62,883 nucleotides of DNA from a virus, in IMG/VR virus record IMGVR_UViG_3300007640_000006, positions 1 to 62,883 of that record. One strand, given 5' to 3'. The notes beneath the pieces were generated by a model. That model was given only the letters and a program-made list of their open reading frames with translations, made no database searches and was not told the origin of the DNA. Both the position numbers and the translations under genes were made by a program. Each line of letters starts with the position of its first letter. Positions within the stretch are counted from its first letter, which is position 1. Of the stretch, positions 20,701 to 27,468 are shown piece after piece.

Positions 20701-20875
20701 GCTGCACGCCGCGTTTTAGGTCGGTACCCAGGTCGCCGAGAAGAGAAGCGTTCTGTTTCCTACCAGTTTCAGAGCGGAGGTCAAACTCATCCAGCAGATT
20801 TGACTTGTTGGTTGTTACTTCCTGCCCCTGCGATCCACCGTCGCGCAGACCAAATTCGTCAAGAAGATTTGCCAT
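11762..20875 (-). CDS. Giant polyvalent virion/ejection protein (3,037 aa): ParB-like nuclease, two HExxH metallopeptidase-like motifs and an ART-like domain
   Basis: ATG 20875 with a GGAGAG RBS (the track start 20887 is TTG). ParB-like SLRPTQAEF...YVLDGHHQW at about 18590-18900. HEWFH at 16856-16870. HEVLGH at 15977-15994. LVLYHGTAEQF...FLTNDGTLAKAYA...ASIKNPY at about 14520-14910. Confidence 0.85.
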   Translation of the reverse strand: MANLLDEFGLRDGGSQGQEVTTNKSNLLDEFDLRSETGRKQNASLLGDLGTDLKRGVQQLPGVVTGLADVGVGALTGRRVVDETADKIGEATGFQPSKWQEEAQQEYSPQRQQGTAEIEQAWEEGDALDIAGAYASNPGNVAGLVAESLPQMLAGGAIGRGALVGGRAAGLIASPATAGQAARQAIAAGAGGEGAVIAGGTMDQIDREVDPRRAALASAGAGVAGAALSGFGARLAQRAGLIDVESALAGGVGQVAGKSPGLARRVAGGALTEGVLEELPQSVQEQMLQNWAEQKPLMEGVPRAAVEGTLAGSAIGGAVNVARRPSEQMGLDPAAGPLSAAAVTAVDGAPTGSQTPVQDAVRQSMLSGAPDTQPGGRYEPISQQLAIAQELFPADLDENGNLRFYRYDRDLQTMVEVPEAQALDAAKRQLDTWAEQGFDPQDPRGLDELVPQVDELPEQPPLATVESDTGPQSVEQVEQPLPLPTVESDTGPMPVEQVQPTPVAGDPNFDIRVQKNGRPFRGERDVRLLGLFNQLQREGESPIIVPHEGGWAVAVPREPVPPPAPLGLPAPGTMVVDSQGNAQRGATAPFVEPRAQVRPIGGPGMERQAPAARRPVTDVSRDNGRDSGVTFARDLQGDDLGSGWVGFNQQSGSLGVPRADMPQIRADHRGAMVNFMNARGVTHEEQTVPARSLRPTQAEFSPERVGRAAAREGTERSILVSGDGYVLDGHHQWLAQRETGGDVKVIRLNAPMADLLPLAREFPSSFTDQASQEVQGADSRPGPVDDRAAGDTPAVPDAADNVAREPVVAERPAAAGRSAGTDRSGVPAATQGADGQRALSEQPAADQPAASEQAVPAQATDLAPALPEILATPRKRYIDRQAKAAGIKKGSPGYDQAIQRLQDQYEADVDRASAGITFEQYNDLNSDSPEGVNRQAWEALREEYGVVSEERARPEPTATASRQPKIVEDAGEKLGGARKDELRGVRERLDSMDDAAIANSTLSQLWPKDEINRIEDLFHAASYQVVREMIPAKPRVPYKVRVWVDKVKAAREILKTLADIGADATVPKMREFSPGLRPIADKIELLMGIDRGQWGRIGRVSVASGKYNDGGTMVPGSWVEVEIDGSRKHFFGKNSVADALSDIRSAINLGSAPESRMKFSIYTDRSSGEVFISKDGDKELRRLKTFSDVKAARAFLSDQHGELVTAWDAVKNRDNVTKADMRRDTNDERTGRNYRNGADITPEQFLEVFGFRGVEFGNWVAQGAGGADRQGLLNQAYDSFMDLADVVGVPPKALSLGGRLGIGFGSRGRGRASAHFEPSNIVINMTKTRGAGSLAHEWFHALDNYFARQRGGEVPMERGANAQQAYRNNNFITYRPEPLYVHKTQRSSPMSLAKLQRYREQNPDAEYFNPDNWQVDPRHPTGVRPEVERAFAELVDVLDQSPMARRSANLDKSPDAYWSQIIERGARAFETYVIARLADQGYRNDYLANVRTLEQFVRSADRYPYLTPDEQGPVSDAFDKLFSTVQTRVDDDGAVVMYSRNSYRRSPEQGQGARAGQLRMQLKRLTGAWQNAPDVKVVQSIKDLPDRQRRTVERDGAFDIEGTLSDGTVYLVADNLRDVKHAAFVLQHEVLGHAGMQGAYGARLKPLLMSIYNGNPELKAQADQFVRRHGYEPAVAMEEVLADMAGAGTIQQQAFWPRLVTAMRNALRSIGFNMRWTEGDIQGLLANARAYIENGRRRAGAREAFSRDGRSGRGPEIADEQGRLLAPNGKPSKLNQKQWHQVRSESFDRWFGDWQALAVEQRLDESKPLRLKTPEAWKGLGIKERQAKVLELLRGFVASGETLQHDVLGEVRLNNNGAKKAVSTSADPAKHTVLAKVQDAIRHAEYSRWDFDSKGREGMAHHKLIMPVSVDGVPLYVVFNVREDNNGRRLHNLVTLDRKEEALAVSPREMTREGQRSTPANTKAPGDFVRRALNRVNPDTVSKVTDGNGEPLVLYHGTAEQFTIFDQSRPGRSTGHTTAPLGVFLTNDGTLAKAYAEKATDGMPGLTNVMPLFASIKNPYRMSVAESQSLDSFEKAIAMRQRLEAEGYDGIQLANTGTWVAFYNNQVKSATNNTGAFDEIDPDIRYSRASQRDTEALRKLGLAGSEAQNLLDQVRNVTLGGLQAKLKEWSVRSEEGIFDGLAGIRRAEEAVGVTDANQQGYVSARLASGIADVMHGVLHYAAPEWRDGIVSGKAGTRGVLDILGDLGADNLTPWLAWLGGKRAQLLKAQGRENNLTDTEIAELVAMGQGKEELFEKVYREYAQVNEAVLDLAQEAGLIDQDARAKWLTDYYVPFYRQDESEGIFTAPRSKRGLSHQTAAIKALKGGNLPTNDLLSNMLAGWTKRIDASMKNKALLEVVDNLQGSDFLTDESPRWQQVLISRDQIAQQIRKDRKALALAADLLDLPAGSNVIKVVNQLMKPESEGFEKLWTRVAPTDPDIVRVQRDGKSEYYRVNDESLLRGLKFMEGSVFNDPITKIGRTFKRILTTGVTASPDFILRNFIRDAAHAWVINKDGFTLGKDSLKGMRDALREDQDYRDLMFAGGSFQGGYVHGADPEASAQIIRRALEKKGFTRTQQEAYLGSLVNTPAKAAAMIGKGWQKYRELGDKVENANRLSTYKAAIEAGKSRRQASYEAKDLMDYSLRGNFAAAQWFTDVVPFLNARLQGLYKLGRAVKGDKTLLAKEVAMKGGYIALFSLMLAGLNDDDERYQALMDWDKDMHWHIFLGDEHFRIPKPFELGLIFGTVPERILHALTGTQDGGDLAKAVSQGVFQTLAFNPVPQFYQPIRELQANRNFFRDSPIEDMSDEGKLPEARYDERTSAIGRVLGQVTGPIAGLSPKQVDHLIAAYTGTLGQYVLDMSSLVANTFSDAERPASRSGDIPILKVLYQGDSPRSTKYQSEFYDMMREADQLNRTIKSYREEGRVDAAEQLMAANREKLRHRPALGFARKQLGNVRNQMDAVYRDTRMTPEQKRQRLDALQRQSNQIAERIVKLAGGDF

Positions 20876-20885
20876 TCCGCTCTCC

Positions 20886-20910
20886 AAAAGAAAACCCGCC
20901 GTAGCGGGTT
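20886..20910 (-). terminator. Terminator-like hairpin immediately upstream of the giant gene RBS
   Basis: Minus sense: AACCCGC-tacg-GCGGGTT followed by TTCTTTTGGAGAGCGGAATG. Confidence 0.55.
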
Positions 20911-20939
20911 GAGTCTCTTGGTCGGTAGCACGAAACGCT

Positions 20940-20957
20940 AACCCTACAGGGGGTTAG
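20940..20957 (-). promoter_or_regulatory. Late-operon conserved motif, copy 7 in transcription order (CTAACCCCCTGTAGGGTT)
   Basis: Intergenic, sense orientation, about 64 nt upstream of the giant-gene ATG. Confidence 0.6.
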
Positions 20958-20973
20958 CCCTTGGCAATAAGGC

Positions 20974-21471
20974 TCACTGCTGTCCGATCGTTGTGGAAGT
21001 CCTACCATTGCGAATGGTTGTAGATCTACTGCCATCACTTCCGAAGCAGTTCGTATAGTCACCATTGCTAAGACAATTGGTGACTACCCTCTTTCTACTT
21101 GGCTCGGGTTCCTGAATCCCATTTTCGGCGTTGATCCGCTTTCTCTCCAGGCGCTCCCTTATAATTTCGTCAGTGGTCAGCTGCCTGCTACTGTCTTTCA
21201 CAACGGTAACCTTTGTTCCAGCACCACCTCCAGATTGCGCGCTATTGCCGCGCATGATTTCCGCTGCTCGTAGATTTCTCTCAACCACCGACGAACTACT
21301 TTCTGGCTCTACTGTTCGCTGCACCTCTCCCAGGTACTGGGACTCACCACCGCCAGGTGGGCATGGCACCTGAGAAAAAGCGATCGCACCATCAGGTCCG
21401 ACACATTTGAATATCTGAGCGTTCGCCACCGATGCAAACATAACCGCCAAGATAAAAATGTAGATTTTCAC
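20974..21471 (-). CDS. Secreted DUF4124-like protein (165 aa)
   Basis: GTG 21471 with a GGAGG RBS 8 nt upstream. Signal peptide KIYIFILAVMFASVANA, then QIFKCVGPDGAIAFSQVPCP (DUF4124-like). Visibly AT-richer than its neighbours. Confidence 0.65.
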   Translation of the reverse strand: MKIYIFILAVMFASVANAQIFKCVGPDGAIAFSQVPCPPGGGESQYLGEVQRTVEPESSSSVVERNLRAAEIMRGNSAQSGGGAGTKVTVVKDSSRQLTTDEIIRERLERKRINAENGIQEPEPSRKRVVTNCLSNGDYTNCFGSDGSRSTTIRNGRTSTTIGQQ

Positions 21472-21554
21472 GATGCCACCTCCATGCAGTAGCGCAACGC
21501 TACCACCAGCGTGGTCGCCAGTCATCTGAACAGCAAACTACTCGACACACGGCG

Positions 21555-23525
21555 CTATTGACCAACCGATATCCCTTTACCACGCAGAAGCTCAATCACC
21601 CGCTCTGGACTGATACCCTCGTCTCTGGCGGTCTGCTCAACTTCTGCTCGCGATACCTCACGCCTGGCACCCTGAGTTTGCTGCGAAGCATTAACCGGCT
21701 GACCGGTAGTCACGTCGATAACCTGCTTGCCAACGATCGGTCGTCCCATTTCGTCACGATCAAGAATGACGTCCTGCGTGATATAGCGGTCCTTCGCCTG
21801 GGTCGCCAAGACGTTGTAAGCCTGGCGGGCGACATTACGCTGCTCTTCGCTGATGTTCGTGTCAGAGATCTGCGCGCGCAGTTGCTCGAGGCGCTGGCGA
21901 TCCTGCATGCCCAGGTCACCCTCGGCAATCTGCTGCTGCAGGCGCTGCTGGTTGAGCTGTTCGGTGCCCATTCGCTGGGTCGTGGCGGCACGCTCCACGG
22001 CCGAGTTGGCGGCGCCCTGCTGGGTCTGCTGCCGCTGCCCTTCCGTCTGAGCCTGTCGCGCATCGAGGCGAGCATTCTGCAGGTCGGCCAGGGTTGGCGA
22101 GCGGGAACTGTCGCGCACTACGGTAACCCGACCGCCACCTTCGCCGATTTCGCCACGTCGACTGGCCTGGATCATCTGCGCACGCTCTTGGTTGGCGCGC
22201 TCGAAGCGATCGATGGCCATCTGTGCGTCACCGGGAGCACCTACGGAAAGGCCACCACCAACGCCATCGCCAACACGGTTCATACCGCCAGCAGGCATCG
22301 TCCTGGCACCAGCTGCTGCCGCGTTGTCGTTCGTGAACTCAGGGGTGCCATCGGCACCGGTACGCATGGCGATGCCGTTGCCTGCCTGGGTGTAGCCGTT
22401 TCCGGCTGGCGATACAAACTCTGGTGCATCAGCGCTTGGCGCCGATGCTTCAGGCATCATGGCAGCAGACTCTCGCGCCATAGCCTGGATACGCTCAGGC
22501 GTCATCCCGGTGGTTGCAGTTGGTGCTGGCGAAGCGGCAGGCGCTGCGCCTGCGCCGTCACGCGGCTGCACGCCGAGGGCTTCACGACCAGCAGCACGCA
22601 GACCTTCGGTGGCGCCGCTGATACGATCCAAACCTTGCTGCACGCCGCCGACCGCCTCGTCGCGATATCGCGCTGCACCACCAGGTAGCGTCGACGGGTC
22701 GCCACCAACCGCATATGCAGCTACATTGCGCAGCGCATCCCGGCCAGCAGCGATCGGAACCTGAGCTGCGCCGGCCACGGCCTGACCGATGCCGGCCGGA
22801 ACATCCAGCAGGCCCCGAACTCCCGGCATACCGAGACGCGGCGCGTCCTGTTCAGTAGTCGTCGTGGTGGTGCTTCGCGGCATGCCCAGCCCCGGCTGCT
22901 GAGTGGCAGCAGACTGCTGGCCAGGGCGCGGCATCCCGAAGCCGCCGGCGCGCGGCTCAGCCTGCGCCGGAGTCGCCTGAGCGTTGTTACCCGGTACGCC
23001 GAGGCGTGGCGCATTCTGCTGCGCAAGCGTCGTGGCACCAGGTCTCGGCAGGCCAAGGCCTGGGGTATTGGTGATATCGAACGAGGTCTGGCGCGGATTG
23101 CGCTCATCGTCAACCAACCCACCATCCACGAAGAACTGGCGCGGGCCGTCGGCTTGCTGCCCTTTCGCAGCAGCCATCACCGCCTTGGTGAGCCCGAAGC
23201 CCTTCTGCTGGTGAGTGGCGTTCTTCAGTTGGTCGAGCACCACAGCGCCAAGCGCATGCACGTCCTGGGGCGGCATTTCGTACTCGCCATTACTGACGGC
23301 CACCGGCACCTGCTTGCCAGGCATACCGAGCCGCGGCTGTTCCCTATCCGGCGCACTCTGGCTATTACGCCCAGGCATTCCCAGCCCGAGCTGAGCCGTG
23401 GTGTCGGCCGGCAGGATGTAAGTTCCTTCCGGAACGTCTTTCTTGATCGAATCGGACGTGCCAGTGCCAGGCCCTTCGATCAATCCGCCATTGGCGGCAT
23501 GCTTGCGCTTGGGAAGCCCGTACAT
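21555..23525 (-). CDS. Virion internal/ejection-type protein (656 aa) with seven (P)RLGMPG-like repeats
   Basis: GGGAG RBS. N-terminal GPGTGTSDSIKKDVPEGTYILPADTT. Repeats are LGLGMPG, PRLGMPG, GLGLPRPG, PRLGVPG, GFGMPRPG, PGLGMPR and PRLGMPG. Q-rich coiled coil near the C-terminus. Confidence 0.7.
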   Translation of the reverse strand: MYGLPKRKHAANGGLIEGPGTGTSDSIKKDVPEGTYILPADTTAQLGLGMPGRNSQSAPDREQPRLGMPGKQVPVAVSNGEYEMPPQDVHALGAVVLDQLKNATHQQKGFGLTKAVMAAAKGQQADGPRQFFVDGGLVDDERNPRQTSFDITNTPGLGLPRPGATTLAQQNAPRLGVPGNNAQATPAQAEPRAGGFGMPRPGQQSAATQQPGLGMPRSTTTTTTEQDAPRLGMPGVRGLLDVPAGIGQAVAGAAQVPIAAGRDALRNVAAYAVGGDPSTLPGGAARYRDEAVGGVQQGLDRISGATEGLRAAGREALGVQPRDGAGAAPAASPAPTATTGMTPERIQAMARESAAMMPEASAPSADAPEFVSPAGNGYTQAGNGIAMRTGADGTPEFTNDNAAAAGARTMPAGGMNRVGDGVGGGLSVGAPGDAQMAIDRFERANQERAQMIQASRRGEIGEGGGRVTVVRDSSRSPTLADLQNARLDARQAQTEGQRQQTQQGAANSAVERAATTQRMGTEQLNQQRLQQQIAEGDLGMQDRQRLEQLRAQISDTNISEEQRNVARQAYNVLATQAKDRYITQDVILDRDEMGRPIVGKQVIDVTTGQPVNASQQTQGARREVSRAEVEQTARDEGISPERVIELLRGKGISVGQ

Positions 23526-23579
23526 TGCCTATCTCCCATGAAATTACGGAAATCTTTGCACCACCCTAGCGGCACCCCA

Positions 23580-23597
23580 AACCCTATAGGGGGTCAG
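23580..23597 (-). promoter_or_regulatory. Late-operon conserved motif, copy 6 (CTGACCCCCTATAGGGTT)
   Basis: Overlaps the TGA of the upstream gene, 54 nt upstream of the 656-aa gene ATG. Confidence 0.6.
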
Positions 23598-24130
23598 ATG
23601 ATTTCCATCGCCGACCTGAATGCTGTCCAAAAACCAGCCGGCGGCGGCACAACACCACCCGCGCCAGCAACAAGAAGCGCGCCCATCACCAGATCAGCGC
23701 CAGGCAGTTGCGCAGCAATGAAAGACGCTGAATCCGGCCCTTGCTCAATCGCAGCAGAGGGAGCCCAGTGCACACCCTGCACTAGTGGGGAGGGGATGAA
23801 ATCTGGCTCGTAATCAGCCGTGAAAGTAACCATCAACGGCAGTTCGCCCGACGCGACGTAGACGGTACCGCTCGACTGATCAGCCCCTGTCTCTGTCACG
23901 CCCTCGACAACAACCAACCCGTCGAAGCTAGCCGAGGCAATAACCCCTGGATACAGACGCGCCAACGCTGGAAACGCATCGCAGCGCGAAGGGTCAAACA
24001 CTGACCATCCCCCAGAAGTCTGGCTTTCCCAGTTCCACCAGCTGGCGTAGTCACGGTTAACCGTCTCAGAACTGGCCGATATCTCAGACAGGTTTATCGG
24101 AGAGAAGACCTGAACATACCCAGTTGCCAT
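23594..24130 (-). CDS. Hypothetical tail-module protein (178 aa)
   Basis: ATG 24130 overlaps the upstream TAA by 1 nt. No motif. Confidence 0.6.
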   Translation of the reverse strand: MATGYVQVFSPINLSEISASSETVNRDYASWWNWESQTSGGWSVFDPSRCDAFPALARLYPGVIASASFDGLVVVEGVTETGADQSSGTVYVASGELPLMVTFTADYEPDFIPSPLVQGVHWAPSAAIEQGPDSASFIAAQLPGADLVMGALLVAGAGGVVPPPAGFWTAFRSAMEII

Positions 24131-24642
24131 TATGTGAAATCCTCTGCGCGAACCAGCCTGCATTCCCCGTTGGCGTAGTACACCAATCCGTTTGGCATGT
24201 TCTTAAACGAGAGGTCTTGCGGCTGCATGGCCTCATCAAACTGAAGCGCCCGGTACTGGCGCACCACCCCTTCAGCCGACACAAGAAAATACGTCCGCAC
24301 AACGACGCCAGTGCTCGACTCTTCACCGTAGAAGACCATGTTGTCGCCCGTGCTACCCAAATTGCCAAAGTCGTAGTACTCCGAAAGCATGGCCATGGTG
24401 AACCGGTGAATCTCCACCGCGGCAGCCGGCGGCGTGTCCTTGTCCGCGCTCGGCACGCATCGCATGACCCTCAGATCATTACCATCCCAACTGCTGACCA
24501 GCACCACATCGCCCACCAAAACACCAACGGTGTCGGACTCTGCAGCTACGCGGCGCAGCACTTCAGCGCCGCCAGGTGTGTAGGTGTACAAGTAGCAGTA
24601 CCCAGTGTTGAAGTCTTTTGCCGCCCGATAGAAAACAGCCAC
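24130..24642 (-). CDS. Hypothetical tail-module protein (170 aa)
   Basis: Track ORF, 9 nt after the upstream stop. Confidence 0.6.
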   Translation of the reverse strand: MAVFYRAAKDFNTGYCYLYTYTPGGAEVLRRVAAESDTVGVLVGDVVLVSSWDGNDLRVMRCVPSADKDTPPAAAVEIHRFTMAMLSEYYDFGNLGSTGDNMVFYGEESSTGVVVRTYFLVSAEGVVRQYRALQFDEAMQPQDLSFKNMPNGLVYYANGECRLVRAEDFT

Positions 24643-24651
24643 CGCGACCTC

Positions 24652-26529
24652 CTATTCCCTAACTTTCAAAGCTGTGCCGCAGTAATAAGCGCCTGCCGGC
24701 GATCCGAAATCGGCCAACATGGACCAGGTCGCGCCAGAGTCAGCACTGATGAATGTTTGCCCACCCTCGACACCAGGCTCTCCAGCAGACCGGCCAAGGC
24801 CGCCGAAGGTGATGATCACCGTCGCATGGCGAACGATTACACCGTCATCCACACGCTCGAGCACCGGGCAATCGATCGCTCCAACGAAAAGATTCGTGCG
24901 CAACTGCCGCTCCGCAACAACAATGCCTGCGACCGAAACTACATTCAGGCTGCTGTCGTAGACCATGACAACCAGATCGCCAAGACTGTTGAACACGCCT
25001 GGGCTTATCTCGATCTGGTCAGTAGCAGGAAACAGGTACTTGCCGTTCCCTATGTAGCGGACGCAGGAGAAACGGCTTTCCACGATGTTCCGGCAGTACC
25101 TTTGCGGTACCAGCTCACTGAGCACCACCACCGCGCCAGCAGACGTCAGCGCGACGATATCGATGCTGGTTTCGGTGGTACGTGCGCCTGCGCTGTAGTC
25201 CACGTCGCTGGAGAAAAAGACGGCGTAGGCTGTTTCACCGTCCGTATCGATTCCTATCGGAAACGAGAAGTCATGAGACTGCCCGTCAGTCGGATCAATC
25301 ATCGCCGCCACAGGTCCGGAGATCAGATCCTTCGTCAGCCCGCCTTCGCTCCAGCGATATGCATACACGGCATTGAACGGGGCGAAACCTTCATCTACTG
25401 CGGCATAGTTGAGGTGCAGGACAACAGCGATCACCATCCCTGAATCAAGCCGAGCCAGCATCGCTGGGTACAGGGTGTTTGACGAATACACATCATCAAC
25501 AGGATCCAGCACCGGAACCATAAGCGGCTCTGAGCCGAGCCGAGTGTCATCCAGGGAGAACCACGGCAGATCAAGGTACGGCCCGGCCGACACTGGTTGA
25601 ATCCCCCTTACCACCCCGAACCATAGCCCCTTCGCGCCGTACCTATCATCATCGTTTCGCATCTCTGCAACGGCATGGATCACCAGCAGCGTATCGAAAT
25701 AGGCCTGCCCTTCATCATCGACGCCCGTGCTCAGCTGTATCGCGCGCGCCCACGGCTGCTGCGCAGCACTGAATACCGTTGCAGCAGAACTACCAGGGTC
25801 GTATGCCGGCGGCGCAATACGCTTGCAGAACGGCAACGCTCCGGCTGTATCCCATAGCGCGCTATCAGAAACAGCGATCGACCAAGTATCCGATGGCACC
25901 TCATGGTCAGATACTTCCCAGCCATCACCACCCACGCTGTATCGAGCACGCGCGATAGCCGGCGAGTAGAGATTCAGCAGGTAGACAATGTTGCTATCTC
26001 CACGCCCCACGAATGCATATGGGTTCACCACGTAGGGACCAGGCATATAGAGCGGCACGGTCAGTTCCACGACGCCGATTCCCTGCCGCACCGAAAGCGA
26101 CGGTTGAATGCGACTCTCGATAACGCTCACGGCTGGCGCCAACGTGCCGCCGAGCACCACGGGTAATGGCGGGCATCCGGCATGGTCAGGAAACAGGCTC
26201 GCCGGCCCGCGGTTCCATGCGCGCGCTATATCGTCCCTACCGCCAGGCAGATCGATCAGTGGGCAATGCGCAGGCTCGTATCCAGATCCAGGCCCGCCGA
26301 CCAGAGCCCTGCCCGGCACAGCCACAGTTCCAGGGGTGTCGATCAAGTAGACTGTCGCTCTGTTGCCGACCCGCGACGCCTTCATGATGTAGCCGTCGAC
26401 GATCCTCGATCGCGTGATGTTCATAGCCCCTGGCAATGACCTGGCAAAACGCACAGCCCCATCCTGTAGCCACGCGGCCGAGGCCGCAAGCAGCTTCACC
26501 GTGACGCCAAGCCGGAAATTCACTGTCAC
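24652..26529 (-). CDS. Hypothetical tail-module protein (625 aa) with one BNR/Asp-box-like motif
   Basis: The GTG start overlaps the upstream TGA. C-terminal SADSGATW fits the SxDxGxTW Asp-box. Confidence 0.65.
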   Translation of the reverse strand: MTVNFRLGVTVKLLAASAAWLQDGAVRFARSLPGAMNITRSRIVDGYIMKASRVGNRATVYLIDTPGTVAVPGRALVGGPGSGYEPAHCPLIDLPGGRDDIARAWNRGPASLFPDHAGCPPLPVVLGGTLAPAVSVIESRIQPSLSVRQGIGVVELTVPLYMPGPYVVNPYAFVGRGDSNIVYLLNLYSPAIARARYSVGGDGWEVSDHEVPSDTWSIAVSDSALWDTAGALPFCKRIAPPAYDPGSSAATVFSAAQQPWARAIQLSTGVDDEGQAYFDTLLVIHAVAEMRNDDDRYGAKGLWFGVVRGIQPVSAGPYLDLPWFSLDDTRLGSEPLMVPVLDPVDDVYSSNTLYPAMLARLDSGMVIAVVLHLNYAAVDEGFAPFNAVYAYRWSEGGLTKDLISGPVAAMIDPTDGQSHDFSFPIGIDTDGETAYAVFFSSDVDYSAGARTTETSIDIVALTSAGAVVVLSELVPQRYCRNIVESRFSCVRYIGNGKYLFPATDQIEISPGVFNSLGDLVVMVYDSSLNVVSVAGIVVAERQLRTNLFVGAIDCPVLERVDDGVIVRHATVIITFGGLGRSAGEPGVEGGQTFISADSGATWSMLADFGSPAGAYYCGTALKVRE

Positions 26530-27467
26530 GCACCGCCGCTAATGATATTGGCATTCAACGTCGACGCGGCGCTTGCTGCCGACGATGCGACATCTCCATA
26601 TGCCCGCACGGCCTGGCCAAGCGCGTTGTTGCGGGTATCGCTTGCCACAGCACCGACGGCAATACGGGATTTATCCAGTTGCCCATTCATCCGCAGGTTT
26701 GCCGCCTGCAGACGCAGTTCCTCGAAGCCGAGTTGCACACGCCAGTACGACGAAAGCGAATCTTGGAACGTCGCATAGGCCTGCGTCCTGATCCTGCTGG
26801 CCTCCAGATCCTTGTTCGGCAGTTCGATCCACTGCCGATAGAAGTCGGCCATCGCCTGCAGCACACCGATCTTCAGGTTCAAAGCCTGCTGCTGGGCAAA
26901 CTTCAGCAGATCGAGCTTGATCTCTGCGTCGCGCACAGTCTGCGCACGGTTGACCTCACCAATCGCATCACTGGCCCGCTCTTCCGCCCGGGCAATTGCC
27001 TTCAGCATGGCACCTGGCGGCGAGCTGAATCCGCTCGCGGAAAACTCCGAGCGAATCTGCTCGACGGCGCTGTTGCGAACTCGATACTCACGATCCCGAC
27101 TGTCGTGCCAGACCGCCTCGAATACTTCCTTGTTCAACCCGAACGGCTTCTGCCCGGTGATGATTCCAACCAACCACTCTTCCGGCGCATAGCGCAGTGC
27201 TCCCTGCAACTCAGGAAAATACTTGTCCAGCCACTGCTCACTTTCCGAGTTCAGGAACTGGATCGTTGCACTGCTGTTGTCCGGAGAAAGAAGATCCCCG
27301 AGGCTGGTTGGCGCCGGCATGTTCACCGTCTTCCCGGTGAACACCAGGTTTCCGCCAGAAACTTGCGGCAGATATGTCGCTATCCGGCTTTCTGCAGCTC
27401 TGGCATTGCTAAGTGCAGTATTCGCGAAAGCGAACAGCTCGGCGATGTTGTCGTCTATACCGGCCAT
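26526..27467 (-). CDS. Hypothetical tail-module protein (313 aa)
   Basis: ATG 27467 preceded by AGGAGGGGA, 1 nt after the upstream TAG. The track start 27491 is less likely. Confidence 0.65.
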   Translation of the reverse strand: MAGIDDNIAELFAFANTALSNARAAESRIATYLPQVSGGNLVFTGKTVNMPAPTSLGDLLSPDNSSATIQFLNSESEQWLDKYFPELQGALRYAPEEWLVGIITGQKPFGLNKEVFEAVWHDSRDREYRVRNSAVEQIRSEFSASGFSSPPGAMLKAIARAEERASDAIGEVNRAQTVRDAEIKLDLLKFAQQQALNLKIGVLQAMADFYRQWIELPNKDLEASRIRTQAYATFQDSLSSYWRVQLGFEELRLQAANLRMNGQLDKSRIAVGAVASDTRNNALGQAVRAYGDVASSAASAASTLNANIISGGA

Positions 27468-27468
27468 G

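Noticed and set aside
13103-20719. Series of long plus-strand ORFs (13103-15283, 16193-17290, 17489-19018, 18723-19658, 19553-20719) antisense to the giant gene
   Set aside because: They are fragmented across frames and Arg/Pro/Ala/His-rich junk translations. The single uninterrupted 9.1-kb minus-strand frame with recognisable domains explains the region.
11762-20875. Giant protein as an N4-type virion RNA polymerase that would read the conserved late motif
   Set aside because: I could not find T7-like polymerase motifs (motif A Asp, RxxxKxxxxxxYG, motif C) by eye. The recognisable segments are ParB-like, HExxH and ART-like. It is left as an explicit test (HHpred on the C-terminal ~1,000 aa) rather than a claim.
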